This document shows positions 37,873 to 49,760 of a stretch of 64,000 bases of DNA, piece by piece. Position 1 is the stretch's first letter, and each line of letters starts with the position of its first letter. The DNA is taken from contig DF237441.1 of NCBI GenBank assembly GCA_000708835.1, positions 1 to 64,000 of the forward strand, written 5' to 3'. The position numbers and the translations under genes are program-made. A model generated the notes under the pieces. The model saw nothing but the letters and a program-made list of their open reading frames with translations, was not told where the DNA came from and made no database searches. The DNA comes from Klebsormidium nitens. Its lineage: Eukaryota; Plantae; Klebsormidiophyceae.

Positions 37873-40559
37873 AAGTGCGCGGTGAGTAGACTCTGTTATA
37901 TGAGAGCATTCGTCAGTTCTTCGACTTTTTCTAGCATTTGCGCGCTCGCTATGCTGGTGTGTGTGTGCCTCCCACCTTATCTCCTCAAGCTGCAGACCCT
38001 TTCATTTTCTTTCAATATAGTAGATTTGACGATTGCTGCCCTCTGATCGCACCTGCGCACTACTGGCGCCTGCTCGATCTTGATCTCACAAAGTGCTGTC
38101 GATGGCCCTGCCAAAGCAGGGTGCTTTATGGATGACTCGTTGCTCGTCAAACTCTATTTGCCACTTGAATTTCTACCCCTCTCTCAAAATAACCTAGACA
38201 GAATACCGAAATATGGGCTGACCTGCCTTCAAAATGGTGTCAAAGCGCCATCCGCTCAGTACTTAAAAACTAAACTGAAACAACGAACATGTGGCTGTCA
38301 GTGCCTAGTTCTCAAGTAGCACCTGAAAATTTCTACTGAGTCGGTCCGTCTGAGTTGGTCCGGCTGTCAAAATGAGACCGTATATTATCTCCGTCTCAGA
38401 TCGCCTGATCTTCGCCTATGCAGGTTGAGCGCTTATGGGCATGCTCTGCTTTCAGGTTGAGCACTTCGTGAGCGGACTAGTGAGGTCCTCCGCCCTCGTG
38501 AGAAGTCTAGGGGTTTTGGACGCTTGTGTAGACAGATTCCTGGTCAAGGAGTCGTATATATGGATACGTGGCAGCTAGCGCAACCAGGGTCTGTTGCTCT
38601 TTTTCCACATGATTGCATGTAGATCAGGATTCTGTAGTCTCAGCGAGCGCAGGACTGGCAGCAGTGGAGTGCCTGAAACCGCGCGTTACCCGTCAGACCA
38701 GTTGTGCTTGGAAGCCTGGCTCCGAAGGTGGAAATAGATCCGTGTAGTCCCAGCTTCGAATGTACGTAAGTTTCTTTGTGAGAGACACTTTAAAGATTTG
38801 CAATATTCTTGAAGTAAGAGCCTTTTGTAGAATAGGAGAGACTGTACGCTCGAAAATGAGCATTTGACTTTTTGTAGTAGAGCTTGCATCTGCGTAATGA
38901 TCGGACAGAGCCTGTACAGAAGACTAGTAACGGTTGATAGACCAGGCTTATACAATCTATCCTAGCCTTCATTCTTCGGTGTTTTTCCAGAAAAGAGGCC
39001 AGAACGAGAGTATATAATACAGCGCCAGTTGAACTTAGGGTAATCAGTCGCACACTCAGGATACAAGCAACGTACTCAGACGGTCGTCATATTACATTCG
39101 ACAGATTGAAGTCACCTTCAGTATATAGCTCTCTAGGGCAATGAATATTGCATTGAATCCATGCAAGGACACATGGATTCGCACATCTCAAGTCGAGGTA
39201 CTTCCGCGCGCCTGGCGACAACATGGGGTATGTTTGGGATGACGCACTCAACTGTCATTTCGATGTGCGTCATCTCACTGGCACTGGCATGACTGGTACG
39301 ACGGTCATCATATGATATAGTGATTGCACATGACCATACGCGTGTCTGGCAATTAAGTTATCTGACTACCAGGCCGGTTTATATTGAACGCCGGGCGATA
39401 CGGTAGTAAGCCGGTACGTACTACGAGTCACGCAGGAGCGCAGCGCACAATCTCAACCGCGCACGCGCCGGCCATTCAATGCATGGCTGCGGGCGGCGGC
39501 CGGACTAGCCAGAATCACATGATGCGCTAGCTGGCATGAAAACATACTAATGAATTACTTTGTTTAAATTTAAACCATGCATGTGTTACGAATGCAAGCT
39601 AGTGCAATAATGTTTTAGATTCAGATCAACACCGTGGTAGATCGGAGTACTTATGTACCGTCGCAGTCTCACTCGGTACGTCATGCCAGGCGTCACGGTG
39701 CTACACCACGTGCATGACGTATCCCAATATACTATGATAGCTGATGTTCTACTATAGATATACCAAAAGTGAGGATCCGACTCAGCTTGTCAACTAGAAA
39801 AAGGTTTGCCAGCTAACAAGTCACGGTCGAAACCTCGATCTGCTGCGCATCTCTGAACACATGAATACCGTCACGCCCAGCGCATTGAATACTTGTTGCC
39901 AGGTCGAGAACTACGATACTATAACCTTTATCTGAGATGTTTGTGTAAAGAGCAATTAATCAACTTCGGAGCTCCGAGTCAGCCGAACCATGCCGCCGCG
40001 TGCTGCTGCTATCACGATATCAAGTCAAGCCAGCTCAAGATCTCACAAACGCTTTGCCGGCGTGGAATTCTCTGAACAAGCGATCGATGCCAGTGGACAC
40101 CACGACGGTTCCTTACTGAGTCTCTCTGATTTCAAAGCATGCGCCAGAAGACGCGGACTTATGAATCTTGGTTAAAAGAGATAGGGGTGTGTAGAGTTAG
40201 GGCGTCAGGACTGATACGGAGTCGACAGTAAAGCGGATCTGCTTCATGATAATAGGCAATGTCTTTTCTTGATGTGGAAACCAAATCTAATCAGATGACG
40301 GAGCCATTGCCTGCTGGCTCTTCATCAGCAAACCGAAGTTCGGAAGGGATCTAGGCCACTGCTTCTCAGAATCTGAAGCAAATGGATTGTAATAAACAAG
40401 GTCAGCAGTTTGGTCAATCTCTAAGTCGCAAGGCCAATAACGAAGACATCAAAAGCGAGCCTCGACGAACTTGAAGTAACGTCGGAACGGATCAACTAAA
40501 TCCTGAGGCACTTACATGTCATGATTCCTCGACGTGCCCAAAATAGCGGGTCCATGAAG

Positions 40560-41750
40560 GCCAGCATGGTGTCCTCGATCGAGAAGATAAGGACTGTCAG
40601 TAGCCATGATGTACACATCTTCAAGACATCTGTTGCAAACTCCCAGCTAGCTTCGAAAGTCTGCAATCTTGTCTGCGCAACCTTTTTCTTTTATGGGATG
40701 ATTGAATATATCGCGCCCGGCCGTTGTTGGCGCTTCAAGTTGTGCCCACCGCGGACGCCTCAGCAACTTCTCGCAGACCAATCCTTTTCGAGGCATCAGC
40801 CCAAAGTCGGAGACCAACCGTCTTCCGCCCCTTGCCCGAACGCCGACCCTACCAGCTGCATATTCGGACCAGAGATGTTCGGCACAGCTCTCACCCGGGC
40901 CGGCAACCCCAGTCCCTTCTTCTATTAATGCAACTCGCGTCTCGCCGGATGCGCCGCCACCGGATCGGCCGCAGCCGCGCCGGCAGGTTGGGGTCCGGGG
41001 AAAGGGGCACGGACTTTGCGCTCGTGACGTCGCCTTCTCCTTCCTCGGTTTGTTCTGCAATATGAGGCTCTGTTCTCATTGACGGCGGACGGCACAACAA
41101 TTAATAAATCCTTTTTTGCCCGGAACTTGCCCGGAAGTGCCCAAAAAAGCGAAAAGCGTGAAGTTGTGCCGGCCGCAAGTGAAATCACACCACGGCACAA
41201 GTCCTGGTACAAAATCGGGAATTGCCACGCTGGCATGCAAAACCCTAAACCCCGAGCAGGCAAAAGACCAGCTAGGTACCCTACAGGCTATCCTACAGCT
41301 GCTGTGCTTGCCTCCTGTGCACAGTCATCACTACGTTGCAACTTGCAGCCCTGGCGCGCCAGAATCTAGCACCTCGGGCTGTGAGTGGCCAGTTCAACCA
41401 CGTGGTTGCCCGGCACAGAAAAATAGGAGTTCGACCCGAGGGGGCACAAGGGTCGAACTTTTAATATTTTTGTGCCGCTGACGTAAGCATTTTTTTATCG
41501 AGTTCCGCCGGCACAACTGCTAGTGGAAGCGCGGTAGAAGTTTTCCACATTCGCCGGAGCCAATCAGAAGATTTAGATTAAAAATTGTTGTGCCGTCCGC
41601 CGCTAATGAGAATAGGGCCTGAAGCCGCCAAAACTTGATGCATGCGAGGGATGACCAAGTCCTGCTCGCGCACACCCTTCGAAAAACTGCAGTTTCTTCC
41701 GGGGGGTGGGTTGAAGACCCATGTCTGCTACTGGAGCAGGGGCCGACTAA
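40560..41750 (-). pseudogene. Decayed gene copy, paralog of the 46745-47720 copy, interrupted by a MITE
   Basis: Encodes VREQDLVIP...[MITE]...EEGEGDVTSAKSVPLSPDPNLPARLRPIRWRRIRRDA...EGTGVAGPGESCA, matching the plus-strand copy at 46.9-47.2 kb. Frame breaks and stops. Confidence 0.6.
41066..41619. mobile_element. PIF/Harbinger-type MITE, 554 bp, with 3-bp TSD TGA
   Basis: 37-bp TIRs GGCTCTGTTCTCATTGACGGCGGACGGCACAACAATT (41066-41102) and its inverse at 41583-41619 (33/37). Direct TGA at 41063-65 and 41620-22. About 8 internal GGCACA/TGTGCC motifs and an internal 10-bp inverted repeat AGTTCGACCC...GGGTCGAACT. Confidence 0.9.
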
Positions 41751-44256
41751 TTGGCACACGGAAAGGTGTCGGTCCGCATCGCCGGGGTGCACTGGCATCG
41801 TCAGTAAATCCACGGAAACAGGTAACCAACTTCGCTGTCTGACGGGTTGTATTTAGATGGTTCAACGGAGTATCCAAATTAAACCCGAAGAACTTGCTGC
41901 GACGGACGGGAAAAGAAAGTTGCGAGTCGAGCCACAACTCTGAAGACTTGACGTTTGGTCCGTCCGACCGAGTAAAGTTTTTCTTCAGGCTTTCCAGTCA
42001 CTACAAAATCAGGGCAAAAGCTGCCAACGAGTCTCACATTTCAAAGGTAATGAAATCGAACCTAACATCTCCAAAACGCCACTTGAATAATGACCTGAAG
42101 AAAGGAAAAAGTCCGTTCCGGTCTCTATTGGGAGACAGAAGCAGCGAAGGCACGAGGTGGGTGATTATAATTGCAACATTCATAAGTCTTTTGTTTCCAA
42201 GCTCAACCTCTTTAAAAGCTACGTCGGACTTCCTGAACCATCTGAACGTACCGCAAACCCAGAACCTTTCAAACGTTCACCGACAAACAACAGTACGTCT
42301 CTCTCGTCTACATGAAGCGCCTGGCACGCGGAGCGCACGCAGTGCGCACAGTACTTCAACCGGCTGCGTTTCCACTAAGATACTGCAGGGAGATATACAG
42401 GCTGGGGAGCGGCCTAGGCGATCGTTCACACATATCCGCGGCTTTGGTTTCCGACAAGCCGGTGACGATCTCTGTTTGTTTCAGTAATGCAATCATTCAA
42501 ACTTGTACCATGTTTGCCTGTTGACGCGTCGAAGCTGTGCACGGACTGGCAAGTTTGAAGGCATCATGCCCCTCTCCTTCGGAAGGATTCCAGGTCCGCT
42601 TACCGCTCGTTTTAGAGCAGCGGCTGTAGAGCGCGCTTTCTATAGAGATGTGACGGCATCCCTGTTCTTTCACGACATAGAAAGAAGTCGACACGGAAGA
42701 AAGAAGAAAGACTTGTCGTCATTGCCAGGAACCGCTAGCTTCAAAGCAGCCCGAACACAGAGTGTATAAAAGCTTAATTCGGAACCCAGCCGACCCAGAT
42801 ATTACGGTAAGCAGGCTCTTTCCGAAAGGTACTAGCACAAGGCGACAATATGCAAGAGGATATGCAATATCCTGTAAGCATTGAAACCAGGCGTCCCGGA
42901 CCTGGATTTAACGATGCCCCAATTGGAAGCAGAAATAATTGTCGAATCTGAGAGCTCTACTTGCACGGGCTTTCCATGATGAGCTCCAGCCTGTACAGGT
43001 ATCAATGGTCCTATCATCCGGTTAGCCTCGTTAGACAATTTGCAGACAATCCGCCTTCCCGGCTTCACAATTGCATGTCAAATAGGAAGGCCGGGGAGCT
43101 GCGGTGCCTAGATTCTGCGCCTATGATCAAATAATTTGACCCCTGCACTGACATGAGGATGGTGTTGTCAACGGAATCTAATGCACGTTGCCGGCAGCTA
43201 GCTGGCCTTCCAGGCGGCGCTGCCGGGCGTACACCTGCTATAAACCGCAGTTTTGGAGGGCGAATAAGGTTTTCAAGGGTCTGGATGACTCGGGACTCAG
43301 AGGGCTCTTGTACGGGTTTCGGGAGGTCCGGGCAAGAATCCAAGTTCCGGAGAGAACGGCGTTGACATTCTAGCATCCAGTCGCAAATACAACCATAGTG
43401 CAGCGAAAAATGAGTGGGTAGCTTAGTCTCCAGCAGGCTGATCGTCCCCGGCCGGCATTGAACGGTTAGTTGTGTATACGAGTCACATCAAAGTGTGGAC
43501 ATTTAAGCCTATAGTAGTAGCAGCGCAGCGAGTCGGGCGCTGTGCGGCAAAATATGATTATTGCCACATCACCTTCAAGTTGACGAGACGACCTTGACTC
43601 CGGCTTTTTCTACTTGTTGCTGGATAAGGTCTTGTCATCCCTTTTGTGGGCTTATTCCTTGCATGTAACGTGGTACAAGTTAAGCGGGTAGTCGCACATC
43701 ATCAGATTTGCTGGTCACGTACTTACAGGTGAGCTGGTCTTGTCAAATAGCGCGCGTTCCTCGCTTCAAACAAACGTGCATGTTCCTTTCCTCTATGTCG
43801 AGCGCTTTTCGATCAGCCACCTTCGACCCTGAACAAGCTGCAAGCGTCAGAAGACAGCAGATTGTGTGCGGTATACCGTTCGAGCAGACCAGTGAAGCAC
43901 TCTCCCGAAGGCAATAGTTCCCAGCTTTCACGACAAAGTGACGTCTTTGCATAATTAGTAGCGTCCTGAAGCAGGCACTTTCATTCAGAACGAACCCAGT
44001 CATTCCAACTTGACGGTCTTCCAGCATAAACGCAGGGCAGTGGGGCATCTACTTCGCAAATTGCACGCCAGTTCCTTGTGGATCAAAGCTGCTGCTAAGA
44101 AGCCATATCGGACCCTGTCATAGGTGACGGCACGCCTTTCACAAGCCAAGCTTCTTCTAGAAGCACAGAGGCAAGAATAGACGTCACATCATTTCAGCAC
44201 ATTTTTGTTCCGTTGCTTCACTAGTTAGCGTGTGCAGTATTGACGAGCCCGACGTA

Positions 44257-45045
44257 ATGGCGACTCTCTATGTGGGTAACTTCGTTTTTGCTGGTGTGAG
44301 CGAGATTCACCTGCGGCGTGCCTTCCAGACCTTTGGGCCCCTGCGCTGCGTCCAGATGAAAAGAAACTATGCATTTGTAACATTTGCGGACGTGCGCGCA
44401 GCTCAAGAAGCAGTCCACGCCTACAGGGCGGGCCTTGTTTTGCACGGGGAGCAAATACTGGTCAGGTGGGTGCGGATGCACAATGCGCCCGGGGGAGGCC
44501 TCCGGGAGCTTCCCACGAGCTTCCAGACGGTCGCATACAACGACCGGGCCAGGCCCCATGGTTGTAAGCGCTTTACCGGCTGTAGAGATAGTTTACGGCA
44601 AGGGGCGCCTGCAGGAAGCTTTTGTACCATCTATGGCAGGGCGGGCCACTCGACCGCTGCCTGCCGCTACAACGTGAGGACCATAAGGGCCGGGGGCGTT
44701 GACATGGCACGCGCCAAATGCGCTTGGGATTCAGAGGTAGCGAAGCGCGGGGACGGAAACTTGGCGAGCGGCAGTGGAGCAAGGCTGGAGGGCGGAGTGG
44801 AGCCCAGACCGAACCTGAGGGGAAGGGGCTGTTCAGCAGGGAATGCGGGACTCGGTTCAAGGCAAACGTCTCCCAAAAAGATATTTGATTTGGATGAGCC
44901 TGATGCGAGGATGAAGCCGCCTTCTGGCGGGGATCGGAGGTCAGATTTTGTGGTGAACGGTGAGCTGATGCAGCGAGCGAGCGACTGGTTCAGAGGTTAC
45001 CAAAGGAGGGAGCCGAGTATGAGCAGGGCCATCCCCAGGAGGTAA
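44257..45045 (+). CDS. Intronless RRM protein with a degenerate CCHC zinc knuckle; RS2Z/RSZ SR-protein-like, probable retrocopy
   Basis: RNP2 LYVGNF and RNP1 region VQMKRNYAFVTF (compare VDMKRDYAFVEF of plant RS2Z). Knuckle CTIYGRAGHSTAAC has its second Cys replaced by Tyr. No introns and no RS-dipeptide tail. Confidence 0.7.
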   Translation: MATLYVGNFVFAGVSEIHLRRAFQTFGPLRCVQMKRNYAFVTFADVRAAQEAVHAYRAGLVLHGEQILVRWVRMHNAPGGGLRELPTSFQTVAYNDRARPHGCKRFTGCRDSLRQGAPAGSFCTIYGRAGHSTAACRYNVRTIRAGGVDMARAKCAWDSEVAKRGDGNLASGSGARLEGGVEPRPNLRGRGCSAGNAGLGSRQTSPKKIFDLDEPDARMKPPSGGDRRSDFVVNGELMQRASDWFRGYQRREPSMSRAIPRR

Positions 45046-46744
45046 GGCCTCCAATCCCGGCGTTGGGGAAACATTAATTGTGCGCGTTTTGACCAGGAAA
45101 TTTCGGAAAGAGAAGAGCAGTCTGCAGGACGTGAATTTCTCTTTGTCTGGGCAGCTATACTTCTGGCCGGATCAAGCCCAATTGGTCTGCCAGACGGTGG
45201 AGATCATGCCTCAAGAGCGGCTTTCTCTCAGAAATTCAAGATTCAGGACTGTTTTGCGAAATAATACATGAGATCCAAAATACCGCTTGGACCGATCGCT
45301 TGTCTATCTCCACTGGCAGTGCTTCCCTTCCTTTTGCCTTCAGCCTGACCACTGGCACGTTCCCGCTGAGAATATGCCTTTTGGTTCGCGACATTACATC
45401 CTTTGTCCGATAAAACCTCCATTAGTAGCATCCATCGCTTTTTGAGTTCCAGCCGTGCGCGGCCACCAAGCGAAGTCGGCATGCGAATCAAGCCAAAAAC
45501 GACCAACTTTCAAGAAGGACCAAGTCGAAGTCATCGATCCGAACTGACTTTCATGAGATACTTCTACACCCCTCCGTTGGCCTAGCTTTTTAGCAGACGT
45601 TACGCCTACTCAGTGGCAGGCTTGATAATCTGGCGGACTGACGGACTAGTTCTCAATGTCTCCAAGTTCTTGTCTCCCTCTCTGCAGCGGTCAATCTTCC
45701 GCGGGCCTCAGTCTGACCCGGTGCTCGGACAGCCGCTGCAGCTGCCAGTCTGACACCAGCCTCTCCTCCCCGTCTTCGAGCGACACCTTCTCCTCTTGCA
45801 ATGCAACATTTCTTACCCCAAAGGACGGGGTCAAAGGGACCAACAGACGCTCCCCCTTCAAAATGTAGACCAAGAAGCATCCCCCGAAACTTCTAATTCA
45901 GCGGAGTCTGTCGGCGCCCGTGGTGACGGGAAAGGTGCCAGCGGCCGGCCGAGTCTTCCGGATAACCACGAGTGGCCCACGGAAGCAAAATTAAGGGACT
46001 CGGAATTGTAGTCTGCAGACGACTGCACCTTCCGAGGGCGGTACACCAAAGAGCTCCTCTCTCTGCCGAGAAGGGTTCAAGTACGATTAAGCTCTTCGGA
46101 GCGAATAGGAGGAAAGCGGAAATTGAAGACGAAAGAGGGTTTGGAAGGACTCTGTGATGGCCGCAATACACTGACGGCCCGAGCAAGAACGGGTAAAGCT
46201 CAATGCCCGCTAGCCATTGCTACTTTTTGGGACGAAAAGGACCTTATTGGCCACTGGTATTATTGACTATTGACATCCCTGAAAATGGAAGCCCACTTAC
46301 TTTGTCACAGGTGCGCGGGCCACTTTGCACTTTGGCTGCGCCTTTTCACCCCAGACTGCATGCGCTTTTATTGGACACTTGAAATTTGAGTATCAGCAAA
46401 GATGCCGTACATGTAACACCGGTTGTAATCAACCAGCCTATCAGAGGCAAAAGCTGTAACTCACGAAAGCCAGTACTTTCGCTTTCCGCAGAAGAGTGAT
46501 CGTTCCCTCTGTTCAAGAGGTAGTCTGCCGCTTTCTTTGGTGAAAATAAAGTGGGGGAGTGAGAAACCTTCCAAGTGACCTTATTTTGGAAAAGTGGTCG
46601 CGGTTCCCTTCAGGCCGCAGCCGGCAGGAGTGGAACCTCTAGTCATATCCTATCCACTTAGGTCGTCCAGGTCCATAGCAGAGGTTTCAAATGCACTTCC
46701 TTTGAAAAGCCAGTCGACCAAGCATCAACTTTTCAAAACAGCTC

Positions 46745-47720
46745 TTGACTGACGCACCGCACCATACGGCTCCTAACAAGTACTTCCGTCGGCTTGCAGA
46801 CGATTTGCCCCCGGCAAAACGGCTCCACACCCTACCTCCTCGCGCCGAGGCGGCCCCTCCCCCAGACGGGGCTCCTCAACCGACTGCCCCGAAACGGCTG
46901 CAGCTCGACACTGTGCGAGAGCAAGACCTGATCATCCCTCAAATCACAGAGTAGCAGTTTTACACAGCCGGGGAACTCGAGGAACTAGATGGCGAGGTCA
47001 CGAATGCAAAGCACGTGCCCCTCCCTCCGGGCACCGACCTGCCGGTGCGGCTGCGGCCGATCCGGTGGAGGAAGTCGGTGAGACGCGAGGCGCAGGGGGC
47101 GCTGGGCGAAGGGGCTGGTGTTGCTGGCCCGGGTGAGCGGTGTGCCGGGCGTCGTCGGCCTGGATAAGCGGGTGGAGTCGGCGGCACGGGAAAGGGGCGA
47201 ATGAGACGCCGCTTCAATGGGGTCCTATACCTGGGCTCCAACTCGAAGGGGACCAGACGATCCGCGAGGTTTTAACGTCGCCAAAACAAGTGCAGGCTGC
47301 ACCGTGACGCGCAGCGCATGCGCGCCTCGTTAGATTTCTGACTGACCGCAAGTTTGTAAAACGGAGTCTCATACAGTTCGTAAGCACTCTCAGCTTTGAT
47401 TTTGATCGACTTTATGATTGAAGACGATTCGACCCTTGCGGCCGGCGTCGTCGGATGAACGAAGGCGTTCAAGTTCCTTCCGCTCGGTGTCGATAAGGAG
47501 GATTTTCTCATTGTGCAATAGTTTATTCCGAAGGAAAAGTAGCGTGTTTTTTAATCACGAACTTGGAAGTACGTCGCTCTGGACAATCGGTATCGATCAT
47601 GATACAGAACTGGGTCACCTTCAGTATAGAGCGCGCCGGGACTCTGCCGAGGAACTCAAGAGCGATTATTCATCGAGACTGGAACGTTTGGTGGCGATAC
47701 CCGACTCGAGCAGACGCGCA
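46745..47720 (+). pseudogene. Decayed gene copy, paralog of the 40560-41750 copy; 3' part possibly BAH-like
   Basis: KRLQLDTVREQDLIIPQITE*...EELDGEVTNAKHVPLPPGTDLPVRLRPIRWRKSVRREA...EGAGVAGPGERCA, then LILIDFMIEDDSTLAAGVVG*TKAFKFLPLGVDKEDFLIVQ*FIPKE with in-frame stops. Confidence 0.55.
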
Positions 47721-48024
47721 ATTCTCGAAAACTGAATTGGAGACAGTAAACTCGAACGCGCGCGCGGTCACTGGGTCGTCCAAGCTTCTTAATGTCTCCG
47801 TGTCATCCGTGCATATATCATCTCACACATCTCACACATCAATTCTATGTTTGCGAACAAGACGCGCACGTTCTCCGTAGGTTTGATCAGATATGAATTG
47901 TGGATGATTACAGTGTCGCTCTTGGCGCTTAGCGTGTGGAAATCCAATCACATTTTAGCCGTTATCACAGGAAGATTTGGCTTTCAGCGGGGGTATGAGC
48001 CGACCAGGTACCCCGGCTTTTTAA

Positions 48025-49760
48025 CCCTTTAACAGCGGGTGTTGCCTTTTGTTGCCTTTCGCAACAACATGGATATATTCGCGTCCAACGGCCTCCAAAT
48101 CACTTCAAATGACCCTAGCACTTCGGGCATGGGGTGTCAACGGCCCAAAATAAAAATATAAAAAAGCAACAAAAAATTTCGGGGGGGTCCGGGCCTATTT
48201 AAGGACGTGACCCCCCAGTAGACTGTTGCCTGTGTTGTTGCCCCAGGCAACAGGCCTGCGGGGGGCCAACCGGGCAACATTGAGGTATTGTTGCCGCCAG
48301 ATCTAGGGCTACGGCTCTGCCCGGGTCATTTGGCCGACCGTCCATGAAAGATTGGGGGGGGTTTGTGTAAGAGTCCTTGTTGCAATGTGTCAGTCATCGG
48401 CACAACAGGGCAACATATACATCCAATCGACACCATTGGTACAGGCAGGTGACTTGGAGGCAACACAGCGACAACGGGGCCCTTGGTTTTGACTCTATGG
48501 GCAGTCGAGAGTGAGTCTACGGGTGCGGGCTTACGTTATCTTGTTGCCTTTTTCCCTGGCAAAAGGGCAAAAAGGGCAACAATAGAAACGGGGCCTAGAA
48601 TGTAGCAGACTGGCGCAGGGCATCGTGTCAAAACACATTCATAGCGGTGCACTGAACTCCGATTTTCCGGGGTTTCGAGGTGGGTATGGAAGCCGGTTTT
48701 GGGTTGAACCGAAATCACTTCGAAAGGGTATGGAAGCCGGTTTCGCCGTTTCGCCGTTTCCCCTCTCTAACTCAGGCTATTTCGGGGGCGGGGTTATGGA
48801 AGCTGGTTTGAGGTGTTATGAAACGTGATCGAGTACGTCATATCAAGACGAGCCACGCGTTCTGGGTGTTGTTTATCCCGCAAAATTCACCCCAAGGAAG
48901 GAGCATGTGTCCATGAAAACAGATCGCGTTCCCGACAGCTTTCCGTTATTACGCATGTGACTGGGGCTCGAATGCCCCCTGACCAGAGCGAAGTTTTAAC
49001 TTGGTTTACTGGAATACGCAAAACCTTCTAGGCATTTTCTGCAAGCCGAAACAAAGGTGAGGGGGAGGAAAAGATGGGTCTGAACAATAGTACTACTAGG
49101 GGTCGAAATTCCGACTAAAGAGACCCCCCCCCCGGAGGCCGGTTTTAGATGCTCACTGGCCCTGAACCGGCCCCCCTGGAAGTCGGTTTTTTCACCGGAG
49201 TTCAGTGCACCGCTGCAAACATGTTCTGACACGATGCCCAGACTGCAAATACATAAGCAACATTGCAACCCCTTGGAAGCAAAGGACAGGCCCCGTTTTG
49301 AACAAAGGCAACACTCCGAACGCGGCGCGCGGGCGCGCTGCAGCAGAAGCTATGAGCAACATACATATATGATATTGCAACAGGCCGATACCTATGGTTG
49401 GGTGTGTTGCTCTTATGAATGTTCCAAACCTACCGGTCACAATGTCCAAAGCAACAATAGCAACAAGGCCTTTCGGAGCCTAGGCCAAGCAGACTTGCAA
49501 AGCACCTTCTTTGGCATGCTCGGAAAGGCCTTGGAACAGCAGAGGTGGGGCAGCTCGCAGGGCCGAAGCCTCGGAGCCTCGGCCAGCTCGAGATCGGAAT
49601 TTCCAACCGGCATCGACCGGCGCGCCGGACCGTCAACTTTTCCGATCGGCGCCGTCCGATCGAAATAGTCTCGCCGATCGAACGGTTAATTTGATTTTTG
49701 CGATTATCGATAATAATCAAGTACGGCGATCTTGACGGGTTTTACCCCGCTGTTAAAGGG
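48025..49760. mobile_element. Non-autonomous piggyBac-like element, 1,736 bp, TTAA target-site duplication
   Basis: TTAA (48021-24) | CCCTTTAACAGCGGG ... CCCGCTGTTAAAGGG | TTAA (49761-64): perfect 15-bp TIRs starting CCC. More than 10 subterminal TTGTTGCC/GGCAAC motifs. No transposase ORF. Confidence 0.85.
48644..49214. repeat. Internal inverted repeat (nested foldback or MITE) in the piggyBac-like element
   Basis: Perfect 19-bp AGCGGTGCACTGAACTCCG (48644-62) and CGGAGTTCAGTGCACCGCT (49196-214), extending outward imperfectly to ~45 bp. Confidence 0.8.

Noticed and set aside
41429-41460. GTTCGA B-box-like sequence suggesting a tRNA or SINE
   Set aside because: It is one arm of an internal inverted repeat of the MITE; no cloverleaf or A-box.
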